Of a stretch of DNA of 64,000 bases, positions 13,135 to 27,364 are shown one piece after another. The number at the start of each line of letters is the position of its first letter. Position 1 is the first letter of the stretch. The DNA comes from Octopus vulgaris. Taxonomy: Eukaryota. A program made the translations under genes and the position numbers. A model generated the notes under the pieces. The model saw nothing but the letters and a program-made list of their open reading frames with translations. It did no database searches and had not been told where the DNA came from. The DNA is taken from contig OX597826.1 in the NCBI GenBank assembly GCA_951406725.2, forward strand, positions 51,274,001 to 51,338,000, in the 5' to 3' direction.

Positions 13135-14087
13135 TGTATATATATATATATCATGTGCTGGCGTATCTCAGGCAACATGGATATGGTCTTGCATAGAAAG
13201 ACAACAGAGTAACGTCGTTAGTAGGAGAGGTTCGGAAGGTAAAAGAGAAAGGGAAAATATTGTATTTGAATGAATCAGGGGAAGTTAAGAGACGATAACA
13301 GAAGTTAAAAGTACTTATGAACCTTGCAAGAGTAGATGAAAAAGTAAATATTGAAAAAAAAAAAAAATGAGAAAATCTGAAAGGGTGAGTTTTTAATAGA
13401 CTTCATCAAACATCAAAGAACCCTCGTCATGTGACGGGTAACTAGAAGTATACTATTCCAATATGGCTAATATGAGGAAATTTGGAAAACACAATAATTA
13501 TAATCTTTTATCGATTTTTGGTGCTTCTACAAAGTGATGAAATGAATATTAATTTGCAAAAGAAAATATTACCTTGAAATAAAATTAAATTAATTAAAAC
13601 AAATTTATTTGTATAACTCCTTACTGTCATTTATTCTCTTTCTTCCTTCTCCCACCAAACCCTGTATGTTCACTCATCCCACACCTCTTATAGTAACTCT
13701 TTCTTGTTCTTTCTTTTCCTCTCTCTCTCTCCCACTTTCTCTATACTGTATAAAGCGTGGCTGGAAAAATAACCAGCCAGCCAACATTCATTTATTACTT
13801 CTCTCTCACGTCCTCTTATCTCTTTTACAGGGTGCCTGGCGCTACAAAATTACATTGCGATATGGCTTAAGGAAAAAATACTTCAGGTTTGCACGTCTAT
13901 GATGCAAAGTGTTCTAGCCAATACCAGTCGCCTTCATTTCCTGGTACAGCATGTATGGAGAAGTTTATTATCCACCGTGCGTTTCTCTTCTTTATACAGA
14001 GTTGATTCATATAGCAGCAGAAGATAAAGAAGAAAGAGAAATAAGTAGACATAGGAGGGAAAAACAGTAAAAGGGTAGGGTGGTGTA

Positions 14088-14230
14088 AGGAGGAGGAGGA
14101 GAAGAAGAAGAAGAAGAAGAAGAAGAAGAAGAAGAAGAAAAAGAAAGAGGAGGAGAAGAAGAAGAAGAAGGAGCAGAAGAAGAAGGAGGAGGAGGAGAAG
14201 AAGAAGAAGAAGAGGTAGTAGAAGAAGAAT
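14088..14230. repeat. (GAA/GGA)n microsatellite
   Basis: Read directly. Confidence 0.95.
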
Positions 14231-14446
14231 GAGTAGGTAAGGGTGAGAATGTAAAACCTATTGGACATATAAGTCTAATTTTTACCACTTTTAAAAAGGT
14301 AGCAGATATCAAACAATGAGAGGAGCCCTTTTAGGGTTGCTTGATATGCCGCAAATAGTCTCTAAATTGCCTCCAATTCATGCACAACCTTCTTAGGTAA
14401 GGAATGGGCCGTAGTAAACATTGAAGCAAATTTGGAGGTTAAAGTA

Positions 14447-14865
<419 letters not shown>

Positions 14866-15625
14866 ATAAAATTTAACCGTTTCTGTTAAAGAAATTATTC
14901 CTTCCAAACACATTGCATGTTTGTTCTAATGTCTTTGAAAAGGATTCTTAAGAGATTAGAACGATGGGACAAACGAAGTTTTTGGAAATATCACGGAAAA
15001 GGGTGAACTGCAGAGCAGATCACATTTATGAGTTCAATTGTGTGACGGCAATCAATGAAGAGGTTTCTCACGATATAATAGTCGGCAAGACGAATACAAA
15101 CAACAATGTCGCAGTGAATGGCCGCGGAAAAACTCCATTCGATGTATCGTACAAGTGATAAAAGGAAGAGAAAATTAATAGAGGGAGAGCGAGAGAGAGG
15201 CAGAGAGAGAGAGAGAGGCAGAGAGACAGAGAAGGCGAGAGAAGGAGTGGAGAGAGAGAGAGAGAGAAGGAGAGAGAGAGAGTATGAGGAAAGCAGGTTG
15301 TTACTAATGGAAGAGGAAATACGTTGAAAGCTTAATGCATTTGTATGGAAAACAAGATAGATGGTCGGTTGCAGGGATAATCAGAGAGATGAAAGGAGAC
15401 AATACAAACAGACAGACATGGAGACATAGAGACTCATACATACTCACATACAAATAAACAGATATATTGCAGACAAATATACAGATATAGAGACACATAT
15501 TCTGTTTTACTTAGGTAATGCAATTTGAGTGCATCTAAGCCAGGTATTTATTCACTGAGAGTGCACAACAATTAAACAGTCACAAGGTACAAAGGCATAT
15601 ATACATACATAGACACATACATATG

Positions 15626-15684
<59 letters not shown>

Positions 15685-16774
15685 TTTGTAGTCATTTCAC
15701 TAGTAATAAACACCCGCATTGGTCCTGTTTCACTTCTTATTAAAATCATCTACCGCTTAAGTAAACGATTGCTTAATGTATTGTTCAGTCGATCAATAAG
15801 TCAACTAGGTTTGTCAAAGGCCTTTCGTCAACCCACGTGACCATTCCAATGACTATCTACTACAGGTCTACGTCAAATCTGTCTGCCTTATTATTTAGCA
15901 GAATGACCCTCCCGAGATACATCAAAATTTATTTCAATATATATATATATATATATATATATAGATCAGAGGCAACTCCAGGTCAACAGCTTCACATATA
16001 GTTTTAATATGTCTTTCTCCATTTCTAAGTTAAGGGTAAAAATAGGCAACCCTGCAAAACACAACTGATACTTATACACAGACGCACAGAATAACAGCAA
16101 TCAAATAACAACAGCGGAGTGCACAGCGAACATCAACGCTCTGATTGTCACCTGTACTCTTGACAAGAGGTGCCAGTTAGTCTTTTACACCTACCAGGCT
16201 CGTTCGTATTAGCCCGAATTGTTGGATAATTTTTCGTTTCTTTAAGAATACTGTAGAACGGAAACTTTTCATTGATTGGAATTTAAATCCTAATCTCTAG
16301 TAATTTTTTCAAGAAAACATCGAATTTTACGATTATAAACAACAACTCGGGCTGTAACTTCTGAGCCCGAGTCAGGCGCGTGTGAACAATGTGGAGAGAA
16401 CGTCTGCTAGGAATGATATTTTTTGACACAGAGCACCTCTAAAACAACCGCCAGATCTGAATGAAAATATATGAACTACGACCAGGCTCAATAAAAGGAA
16501 CCCGAGTTATTGACTGCAAATACATACTTGAAGTTAGTGTTAGCAGAAATTAAATAAGCCTGCAAATACACGTTCACTTTACTAAATTTATACTCAGGCT
16601 AAGCCTGAACTGCCCGAGTGCCGGAGTCACCACCGATATGTAAAGACAAAGCATGAAAGATTGCTTATATGTTAATTACACGTAAGGTAATTGTTGGTTA
16701 AATAATATTAATTGCAAAGAAGCGATGGTCACATACATACAAACTTATATACATACATGTATATATGTATATGT

Positions 16775-16826
<52 letters not shown>

Positions 16827-16848
16827 GGCTATATACATATGTGTATAT

Positions 16849-16889
<41 letters not shown>

Positions 16890-17098
16890 TCAACTTTCTG
16901 AGCGAGAAGTAAAAAGTAGTAGTACGGAATCGTAAAATATAATTGCCAACTAAATGTGGTGGTTCCATATAAGACGATGCTACTGTCGTTTTTAGCCTCA
17001 GGAGGAAATCCCCTTCAGCTGGCTAGCCACTCCCTGTCTGTGTCCGATTAGTATTTGCGAGGGGAAATCATCGTTCCTATCTCTAGCTTTATGTGATA

Positions 17099-17145
17099 CA
17101 CACAGAACCGGGTTTCTGAGTAGTAACCCGTCATCAGTCTGTGAT
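17099..17145 (-). ncRNA. Type I hammerhead motif (inverted, more degenerate copy)
   Basis: Reverse complement: ATCACAGA-CTGATGA-C GGGT tact ACTC A-GAAA-CCCGGT-TC-TGTGTG. Confidence 0.6.
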
Positions 17146-17287
17146 AACCACGAGTTACTGATGAAAACTCGCTCAGAGATTTAATATTACTTATTTCTCC
17201 ATTCTTGTGATCAGCGACAGTTTGTCACTGGAAAAAGCACAGTATTTTGCATGTGGAATGAGTTTTCATCACTAGCTTGTGCTTATC

Positions 17288-17330
17288 ACACACTGATGAC
17301 GGGTTACTACTCAGAAACCTGGGTCTGTGT
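17288..17330 (+). ncRNA. Minimal type I hammerhead ribozyme motif
   Basis: ACACA-CTGATGA-C GGGT tact ACTC A-GAAA-CC tg GG-TC-TGTGT. Core intact, GUC triplet. Confidence 0.78.
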
Positions 17331-17917
17331 ATTTCACTTAAGGCTAGAGATGGGAACGATGATTTCCCCTTGCAAATACTAATCGGACACAGACAGTGTG
17401 TCGTTAGCCAGCTGGAGGAGATGTCCTCCTGGGGCGAAAAACAACAGTAGTATCGTCCTCTATGGGACCGCCACATTTAGTTGGTAATTATATTTTACGA
17501 TATATATATATATATATGAATTAAGCAAAAGGTATGTATGGACTACAATATACCACATTAAGGAAATATGGAATTTTGTCATCGTTATATCACTGGGAAT
17601 ATATATCAGCCATTGACTATTCAACTATCCACCCTATCAGTGTATGTGATGTGAGTACACGCACATATGAAGAAAATATGTATTATATTCGTGATTCATA
17701 CTTTCTGTTTGAAAGGCATAAGTAGTTGCCTCCAGTATATTGAAAAATAACTGCCAATCAGCAATCTCAAAAGGATTACAACACCAACGAATATAAACAT
17801 ATAACCAGAAGCCGTGTTGTAACAGTTCTTGTCTGGAGAGCGAAGGGACGCGAATCTCGTGGCGAAGTAAAAAAAAATTGATTACAAGATATATAATAAA
17901 AATTTGTGTATATATAT

Positions 17918-18304
17918 CAGGAGTGGCTGTGTGGTAAGTAGCTTGCTTACCAACCACATGGTTACGGGTTCAGTCCCACTGCGTGACATCTTGGGCAAGT
18001 GTCTTCTGCTATAGCTCCGGGCCGACCAATGCCTTGTGAGTGGATTTGGTAGACGGAAACTGAAAGAAGCCTGTCGTATATATGTATATATATGTATATA
18101 TGTATATATATGTATATATGTGTGTGTGGCATTGATTGACAACCGATGCTGGTGTGTTTACGTCCCCGTCACTTAGCAGTTCGGAAAAAGAGACCGATAG
18201 AATAAGTACTTGGCTTACAAAGTTCCGGGGTCGATTTGCTCGACTAAAGGCGGTACTCCAGCATGACCGCAGTCAAATGACTGAAACAAGTAAAAAAAAG
18301 AGTA
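17918..18304 (+). mobile_element. SINE family A
   Basis: Head, internal TA/TG tract and tail. Confidence 0.9.
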
Positions 18305-18379
18305 TATATATGTGTGTATGTACGAAAGTGTGTGTGTCTGTGCATGTCTGCTTGTGTGTATGTACACACACACACACAT

Positions 18380-18439
<60 letters not shown>

Positions 18440-18574
18440 TTCTGTGGTGTATTTATAGTGAATTTGAACAAATCCGATGTAACTTCAGAATCACTGTCAA
18501 ATAAATTACACGAATCTTTAGACATCACGGAATCCTTAACTCAGTCAATGTTTCTGTTTTTATGCATATAAAGC

Positions 18575-18627
<53 letters not shown>

Positions 18628-19685
18628 ATACACAGAGTGAGAGAGAAAGAGGGGAGAGAGAGAGAGAAAAGGAAAGAAACAGCGAGACGGATACGAGGTC
18701 AATTGACTAAAAACATTTGAAACGTCATTTAGCATTTTGTATATTAAGATACTGATGTATACTTTATATAGACGCACATACACACACACACATATATATA
18801 TATATACAAACACACTCTCTCACACACACATACTCCATATGAAAGTCGTGGGTGTGACTGTGTGGTAAAAAGTTTATTTTCTAACGACGTGGTTACAGGC
18901 TCAATCCCACTGCATGGCACTTTGCGTGAGCGTCTTCTACCGCGGCCAGCCAAAGTCTTGTGTGTGGACATCGTAGATGGAAATTGAAAGAAAACCGTAT
19001 AGTATATATGGGTACATACACGCATACTAAACGACAGAGGGGGAAATGATAGTGAAAAATGAGAGAGAGAGAGAGAAATAGAGAGGGAATCTTATATATA
19101 CGAAGGAAAATTGATGGGTTGCTTGAGAAGCAAGAACAGAGATCTATATGCTAGGGAATAAAACACTTATGTATAAAATGAATGTGTGCATATATATATA
19201 TGTATATAACATACATTTGCAAGAAACGCAAATCAGAGGGTGAAATCAAATAGAGAAAGATAGAATAGATGGCAGGATAAAGTGAAAGTTGACTGTGTCA
19301 GGGGAAGACATGCAGAAAGAAGGAAAGAAAGAATGAGCGAAGGTACGTATGAGGTGAAGGAACTAATGAGGTTTTCAATTCCATTTCTTCAACAAGCCTA
19401 ATTGGATAACAATGTCTTTGATCCTAAAGCCATTGTTTTATACTTTTAATCTTATTTGTATTTTAAACTTCATCGCGTTTATAGTTGGTTTTAAACCGGT
19501 ATAGATTATAGGCTAACCTCAAAAACGTATAAGATACAACTTACGGGCGAAAATAGACGAAATCGCCTTGTCTGGCTAAAACCTATTTTCATATATAATG
19601 ATATTAGTATAGAACGCATTAATTTGCACAGGTTGTTTAATCAGGACTCACACATTTTCAAGAGTAAACGGTTTATTGAATATAC

Positions 19686-20060
19686 TTTTCTACTCTAGAC
19701 ACAAGGCCCGAAATTTTTGGGAAGGGGGCTAGTCAATTAAATCGATTCCAGTATGCAATTGGTACTTAATTTATCGGCTCCGAAAGGATGAAAGGCAAAG
19801 TCGACATCGGCAGAATTTGAACTCAGAACGTAGCGGTAGACGAAATACATATTTCTTTACTACCCACAGAGAGGACAAACAAGGACAAACGGATTAAGCT
19901 GATTATATCGACTCCAGTGCGTAACTGGTACTTATTTAATCGACCCCAAAAGGATGAAAGGCAAAGTCGACCTCGGCGGAATTTGAACTCAGAACATGGA
20001 GACAGACGAAATATCGCTAAGCATTTTGCCCGGCGTGCTAACGTTTCTGCCAGCTGCCAC
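19686..20060 (-). mobile_element. Two adjacent SINE family B copies
   Basis: AAAGGATGAAAGGCAAAGTCGAC occurs at about 19783 and 19950. Confidence 0.88.
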
Positions 20061-20228
20061 CTTCATGCAAAAGTTATTCAGTTGCGAGTAAATATATGTT
20101 TGAAATTGTATATTAGCATTGAATATTAGCATTCTTATTGCGTACGTTCGTGCACAATACATACATACATACATACATACATACATACATACATACATAC
20201 ATACATACAGACATACATGATGCATACA

Positions 20229-20781
20229 TTTTTTTTGGTGGCTGCCCCCTTCGTTATCGAGTATGGCCACTGCACTAAGCTTAATCAATGTTGTTATCGT
20301 GCAAGAAGATTTTTTTTTTAAAGTGAGGAAAGGCTGTGCACTGAGTCAATCTCACTCACTAAGCAACAGCAGCCATAATCCGAAAAGAAGAACAAGTCAA
20401 CATCATCGGTAACCACTGAGCCGAAGGTTTTATGTTGGAGTTATTCTAGTTACCTGAGTTAACTTCTCCTAGAAAGATGCCCTAACAAAGGCTGGGTGTC
20501 CTTCACTCCCAATGGTTTAACCGCGTGATCGGGTATTCAGTCCGATTATTTCTATGTTCCCGCGCATGATAGAGCATTAAGACATTTATTGGATGGCCGT
20601 TGACTCTCAAGGGTTCCTCCGCCCTTTGACGGGTTTTGTTTTTCATCCCGCAGGGTGTCCAATAAACATCCTCCTCACCAAGCAAGCTTGGTGGGGTTGC
20701 CGGTTTAGTCGCCGACGACCCGACCATGCAACAGGTTGTACTTGGTTACATGTTACCAGCAGCACTCGAAAGTGACCTGAC
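20229..20781 (-). mobile_element. Non-autonomous GC-rich retroposon with poly(A), probably an RTE 5'UTR+3'end deletion derivative
   Basis: T-run at 20229-20236 is a minus-strand poly(A). ATGCATACA is duplicated at 20220-20228 and 20782-20790 (within a CATA context). There is no tRNA head. The RTE assignment rests on recalled similarity only. Confidence 0.55.
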
Positions 20782-20844
20782 ATGCATACATACATACATG
20801 CATACATACATACATACATACAGACATACAGATAGACAGACATA

Positions 20845-20920
<76 letters not shown>

Positions 20921-21161
20921 CAGACAGACAGACACTCATACACACACGACTGGATTCTTTCAGTTTAAATCTACAAATCCATTCACTAGGATTGGTCGAC
21001 CCGAGGCTATAGTAGAAAACACTTGCCCATGGTGCCACGCAGTGAGACTGAACCCATAACCAAGCTGTTGGGAAGCAAGCTGCTTAACACGCGGCCACAC
21101 ATGTATGCATATGTATATTTACGTACGTTTATATATTTGTATGTATGTATGTATATATCTA

Positions 21162-21248
<87 letters not shown>

Positions 21249-21471
21249 ATGTATATATATAGCTAGCTGATCCTGTACCGTAAAAAATGACGGCTAATGG
21301 TTGTATTTTATATTTAAATAAGGTATAAAATAAGGCACGTAATAATTACAGATACAAACATTCACATACTTCCTTGTACACGCACACACATACACACATA
21401 TATTCAAACAGAGTTGATACGCAGTTTGATTTTTCTTTTCAACGTTGACCGTTCACTATCCCATTTCCATT

Positions 21472-21522
<51 letters not shown>

Positions 21523-21774
21523 TTCCCATACCTCTCTTTTACATACACACACATATACTCACACAGAGTTGAAACGCTGATTTTTTCACCCCTGCCCTCC
21601 TTATTCATATAGCACCCATTCCTTTCTAGCACCCTTTCTTTGGTATTACATTCTCTCACCATCTCTCAGTCAGAGCTATTACTCTCACTACTTTTCCTTC
21701 CCTGTATTACTAATTCTTCCCCCCCCTTCACTTATACTACTCTTTCTCCTACTCCTGCTCTGTGATTCATATAT

Positions 21775-22389
21775 AAACTTTTTTATTCCTAAATCTCTCA
21801 ACAAGAGATATAAAGAAACAGTACTTTAAAGTAAAGATTATTTGCCAACATAATGTGGAAGTCACGGTTGGTATGAATGTTACCATTGTTTTATCTCCAG
21901 CTGGCTATACGACACATCTGTATCCTTATATTTTCATATAACATAATGTGACATTCCCGGTTGAGCTAAAACAGCAGTAACATTCATCCCAACCGGGACT
22001 GCCACATTATGTTGGCAAATAATCTTTACTTTAAAGTGTTGTTGCTGTATGTCGCTCGTTGAGAGATTTAGCAATTATAAAGTTTCTAATTAGTAGATCA
22101 GTGATCTGCATCACTTTGAAAACTCTATATTTTCGAATGGGAGTTTGGCAGCACTATTTCAGTCGGGCAGTTATTCTGTGCCGGAGAAGGGAAATAGCCC
22201 AGAAACCGCGGTCCACAGATATTTCTTTATGCTGAGTGAGAGATGCTAGGCTCCCTTGTTCGAAAATATAAGGACACATATGAGTGTCGTCTAGGCAGCT
22301 GGAGACGATGTTTCTTGGGGTTGAAACAACAGTAACATCCACCCACACCAGGACTGCCACATCATGTTGGCAAATAATCTTTACTTTAT
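21775..22389 (+). mobile_element. Hammerhead retrozyme-like element, family 1: partial inverted copy (21775-21963) plus a >1-mer with 355-nt period
   Basis: GGACTGCCACAT..TGTTGGCAAATAATCTTTACTTTA at 21996 and 22351, with its reverse complement at about 21825-21865. Confidence 0.8.
22175..22219 (+). ncRNA. Type I hammerhead motif with two core substitutions
   Basis: TCTGTG-CcGgAGA-A GGG aaatag CCC A-GAAA-CCGCGG-TC-CACAGA. Perfect 6-bp stem I and palindrome ACCGCGGT. Probably inactive. Confidence 0.72.
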
Positions 22390-22935
22390 ACACACACACG
22401 TACGTAAGCACGCTCACACACACATATATACAACGTTTACATCACTTGGATACTTAACATATGAATATATGGCCCTCATCTATCTTATTTAGTACGGTTT
22501 TTTTTTACCACCAATTTGAATTCCTCTGAAAAAATATGTAAGCATTAGCCTTTTGCAAGAGACAGCCCTGAATATATCTGATCACATTGCGTTATTTTTA
22601 CATCTATAACTCTTAACATAGTTCGAATCCTGTGGATCCGAAGCACTGTTTACCTAGTGACCAGATTGAAACATGTGTAGGCAATTTTTATGCTTATTTT
22701 ATGTTAATTTATGTTCCTTTAAATTTTATTTGTATTAAAGTATTTGCTCTGTTTCTATTGTGATACAAATAAAACAATATTCACAATATTTTTTCACCGT
22801 TTTCTTATATCAATATAAATGTAAATTAGACTGTTTATCTCTATATATTGGGAGTATTGTTCCAATACATCATTGATAATATCTGCTGATCTCTGGTTTT
22901 TATAATCCCCAAGGAGGACAGTACATCCTCAAATT

Positions 22936-23000
<65 letters not shown>

Positions 23001-23161
23001 GTGAAATAGAAAGATGAATAATCTTGTAGTAGATTAATCAAAAGTTTAACCGATACCTTAGTAGCAAAAATCACAGCAGTAAACAGCACGGTTGGAGGTA
23101 CAACCATATGGTGTTGCAACCGTGCGTTGGTGCGGATAATTGAAATTCACCAATAATGTTT

Positions 23162-23194
<33 letters not shown>

Positions 23195-23201
<7 letters not shown>

Positions 23202-23585
23202 GTAAGTAGCTTGTTTACCAACCACATGGTTCCGGGTTCAGTCCCACTGCGTGGCACCTTGGGCAAGTGTCTTCTACTATAGCCTCGGGCCAACCAAAGC
23301 CTTGTGAGTGGATTTGGTAGACGGAAACTGAAAGAAGTCCGTCGTATATATGTATGTGTGTGCGTGTATGTTTGTGTATCTGTGTTTGTCCTATCCAACA
23401 TCGCTTGACAACCGATGCTGGTGTGTTTATGTCCCCGTCTCTTAGAGGTTCGGCAAAAGAGACCGATAGAATAAGTACTAGGCTTACAAAGAATAAGTCC
23501 CAGGGTCGAGTTGCTCGATTAAAGGCGGTGCTCCAGCATGGTCGCAGTCAAATGACCGAAACAAGTAAAAGAAAGATAAAAGAAA
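23195..23585 (+). mobile_element. SINE family A
   Basis: Matches the copy at 12755. Confidence 0.9.
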
Positions 23586-24213
23586 GATATACTGAGATAG
23601 ATAGATAGATAGATACCGTGTGTGTACAGTTAGATGTATGACTATCACTGTATGAGTTAGAGCTCCACGTAGATTATCATCGTCTAGTCAGCTTCCAGTA
23701 TTGTGGTTATTCTACCATGCTACGTTGTAGTGTTACTAGTAATAACATAAAGAGTGTATTTAGCTGAAGTTTAAGATAAGCACATTTATATATTTTTAGT
23801 TCTTCAGTTCGTTTTACCATTGCAGTTGGTTGGAACTAGGCATTGATATTCCAAATGCATTTGGTTGCCTAACCGCAGTGGATTATTCGGAGAGCACTTT
23901 ATTACAGTCTTCTACAGAGATCTATCTGAAGTCAGACAGGCGCCTACGTAATTTATAAGTATGTAGAGAAGAAAGTAGAAAGGACACAATTGTTGGAGAA
24001 AGAACAAACTGAACAACAGTGTAGTAAACAAGATAAAAATTAAAAATGACTAAATTACACACACACAAGCACACACACATACATATTGTGAATAAGCTAC
24101 CCTAATAATTTATAATTTTCACTTTTACCATCTATAGAATCTGTCTCTGATTCCTACAGTATTATCTATAAACTGACAAGGCGAGTAAGCGTTAACCTTA
24201 GGCAACCGATGAA

Positions 24214-24258
24214 AGTCCCTGATGATTAATCAAATGAGAAATCATCGATGATCTGGCT
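24214..24258 (+). ncRNA. Hammerhead motif, separate family
   Basis: AGTCC-CTGATGA-TTA atcaaa TGA-GAAA-TCATCGATGA-TC-TGGCT. 12-nt palindrome ATCATCGATGAT; stem I has a mismatch next to the core. Confidence 0.55.
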
Positions 24259-24427
24259 CTGTCTAGCTTGCTGTAGGGAGCTTGTCTCCCTTGTCAGTCA
24301 TTAGCTTAGACTTCCCCGTGGCTAAGGGTTGTTCTGACTCCTATTTCTAGAAATGCTGGTACTGCCTAGGACTCTTAGTCACTTTTGTGACGTCTGTACT
24401 TATGCCTTTTGGTTGTAAATATACATA

Positions 24428-24586
24428 CAGGCTTGGCTGTGTTGTAAGAAGCTTGCTTCCCTACAACATGGTTCCGTATTCAGTCCCAGTACGTGGCCCC
24501 TTAGGCAAGTGTCTTTTGCCTTGGGCCGACCAAAGCCTTGTGTGTGGATTTGGATTTAGTAGACGGAAACTGAAAAGAAGCCCGTC

Positions 24587-24629
<43 letters not shown>

Positions 24630-24860
24630 TGTGTGTGTGTCATTGTATCAGTGTTTGTCCCCCATCACCGCTTGACAATCAGTACTGGCATGTTTACGTC
24701 CCTGAAACTTAGCGGTTTGGCAAAAAAGACCTATAGAATAAGTATTAGGTTGTAAAAAAAGTCCTGGGTTCGACCAAAAGAAAAAAAAAAACCTTCAAAG
24801 CGGTGATCCAGTATGGGCGCAGTCAAATGACTGAAACAAGTAAAAGAATAAAAGAATAAG
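24428..24860 (+). mobile_element. SINE family A (older variant)
   Basis: Diverged head, (TA)n and tail. Confidence 0.85.
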
Positions 24861-25456
24861 AAACCGCACTTTTAACCTTCATTTCCAGTCAATAATTAAC
24901 CATACCTTTCTTTTATCAAAAGTAAACATCAAGATAACTCTTTTGGAGTTTATGATTTCTGTGTGAATAAACCTGAAGAATATTACAAATTAACATCTTT
25001 AGATATTGTTTTCATTGTAAACAGTATTAAACATTATTCCTACGTAAACATTAATTCGAGACTGTTAAAAGAAAGAAAAACAACTATGAGGCCACAAACA
25101 GAATTCTAACCACTTATCTCACATCATCCGAGCGATAAGAGTACTGATTCCATCACATCTGAGGTTATATTCTCTTTTCTATTTATCTCTATGTCTCTGT
25201 CTCCAGTTTTAAGTAGAAGTACTGTATCTCTCTACTTTTAATTGTGGCATAACAAAAGTTAAAAGCTGACAGACAATTGCATAGCTAATAGACATAGTTG
25301 AAAGCAGATAAACATTTTTAATATAATTATGTAGTTTGGCATTAGTAATAGCAGACAAAGTGGTGCTATGAGATGGCTGGCGAATGATCAATAAAGGAGG
25401 TGACAACGGGTGGGTGGGGGGTTAAAAGTTCAGTCAAAATTAGAAATTTGAATAGG

Positions 25457-25487
<31 letters not shown>

Positions 25488-25530
25488 CGCACATATATAA
25501 CATATATATACACACATACACATATATGTG

Positions 25531-25642
<112 letters not shown>

Positions 25643-27317
25643 GAGAGACAGAGAGAAATAAAGTGCGAAAGCTATGCTGATTTAATATATTGTTATATGT
25701 AACGTGATATCCTGGCAAACAATAGTTATGTTGTTTGGTGTCCATATTTTGCGTATTTTCGACCTTAAATTTATGTTTATCATTAGGTTTAGTATCGTAT
25801 AATACTAGGTCTATTGAACGGATCTGTCTATGAACGGATGTGTCTGGGCTGAGCTGTGCAACATGTTAAAAATGGGTGCAATCACCAATAGATATTTCAC
25901 CAGCGAAACCGACTGAATCCCCGCGGAACTAGTATCAGACTTTTAGTTGAAACTGAGTCATTATGACCATCTGTATATTTGATAGGAACACAGTGATAAA
26001 CAGTGTGAATTAGTTTAATTAGTTCAGTATTTAAATGTTGATTAGCTCAACATTTAAGTGTCGATTAGATCGACATTTTGCTCGTATTTATTATTTGGGT
26101 TAAACCCAATAAAGTTTGCTGGATTAAAAGTCATTTAAATTAAAATTGTCCTACTGGTGAGCGATATTGTAAGTTACACACATTTTCAAGCGATGTCTGT
26201 TAATTGCAGTGCAAAATAGCATCTGATTGCTTGGCGCGATTCCCATCATTTTGTCAGTAGTTTCTATGGAAGCCTCGTTTAGCTTGACTTTCAATAGAAT
26301 GGAATGAGGTTGTTTTGGTTTGGAAGATGTCATTATTTTCCAAAATGGTACAAACGTCTCGAAGCATAAATTTGGATTCCCGGTCTGAATGGATTGAAGC
26401 TGCAATACCAAATATGAAAAATGTATTTTCAAGTCTGAGTATTTCTGTAGAAGCCGACATTTCTGAATATGCAAACATAATGGAAAACATTGAGCATTCA
26501 TCTTTTACTATAAAGATATATCACTAAGAGTTATAATATGGCAGAATACCAATGAAGTCGATACTGTGACGATACTGTAACGATATTGTGATTGTAGTAA
26601 CGTGATAAATTGTGCATGGTGAAAATTATAGAATCAGTGCTTAAATTCTAATCATGCAATTCACTTGTCTCAAGTCTCTCTTTAAAATCTTACAAAGAGA
26701 ATGGCAAGTCCTTAGATCTGAATTAGTAGCCTTATTTAGTCACGCCAGGATGGTATAAAAGTTTACGTAAATATATGATTGCAGGAGATATTATAATGAA
26801 GTATTTAGTCAATAGCAGCAGCAGGGCTATTGCTGTTTTTGCTCTGATTGTGTAGAATATCATATTTGTATGTCAATAATTCCCCCATAAACGAAGAATC
26901 TTCTTGCTCATTATTTGATATCTAATTTTGTAACTAAACATGATAAAGATTACCTGTTGATTAGTGTTTAATGTGAAATGAACTACAGGTAAAAGATAAC
27001 AAAAGATTTGTCATTTGCTAACACCTTTTATGAGTGGAAGATTCTATTTAGAGGAAGGAATTCTGGAGAAGGAAGTGACGAGTTTATTACACTGTGAAGG
27101 AACGCCGAGGACTGTAGTTCCAGAACCACAAGCTTCAACATGTAGTAGAACTTCAGATAAGACAGGTGAGAGAAAGAGAGAGAGAGGGGGAGAAATGGAA
27201 AGAGATGAAGAGAAAGCGAGAGAAAGGAAGAGAGAGAGGAAGGGAAAGAGGAAGAACGAGAAAGAAGAAAGATGGATAAATAGACAGGTAGATAGATAGA
27301 TATATAGATAGATAGAT

Positions 27318-27364
<47 letters not shown>

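Larger units (their letters stand above)
16890..17500. mobile_element. Hammerhead retrozyme-like element, family 1: 241-bp inverted arms (16930-17170 and 17260-17500) within (TA)n
   Basis: The arms are diverged reverse complements and each carries a hammerhead. Spacer plus right arm is colinear with the 355-nt unit at 21996-22350. Confidence 0.8.

Noticed and set aside
17150-17172. GAGTTACTGATGAAAACTC hammerhead-like string
   Set aside because: CTGATGA and GAAA overlap with no stem II; it lies at the inversion junction
22651-22680. TAC-CTAGTGA...GAAACATGT-GTA
   Set aside because: Core altered, stem II weak and cleavage nucleotide missing; too degenerate
26150-26330. Possible hAT dimerisation-domain remnant (SVVSMEASFS)
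   Set aside because: Similarity too weak without a search
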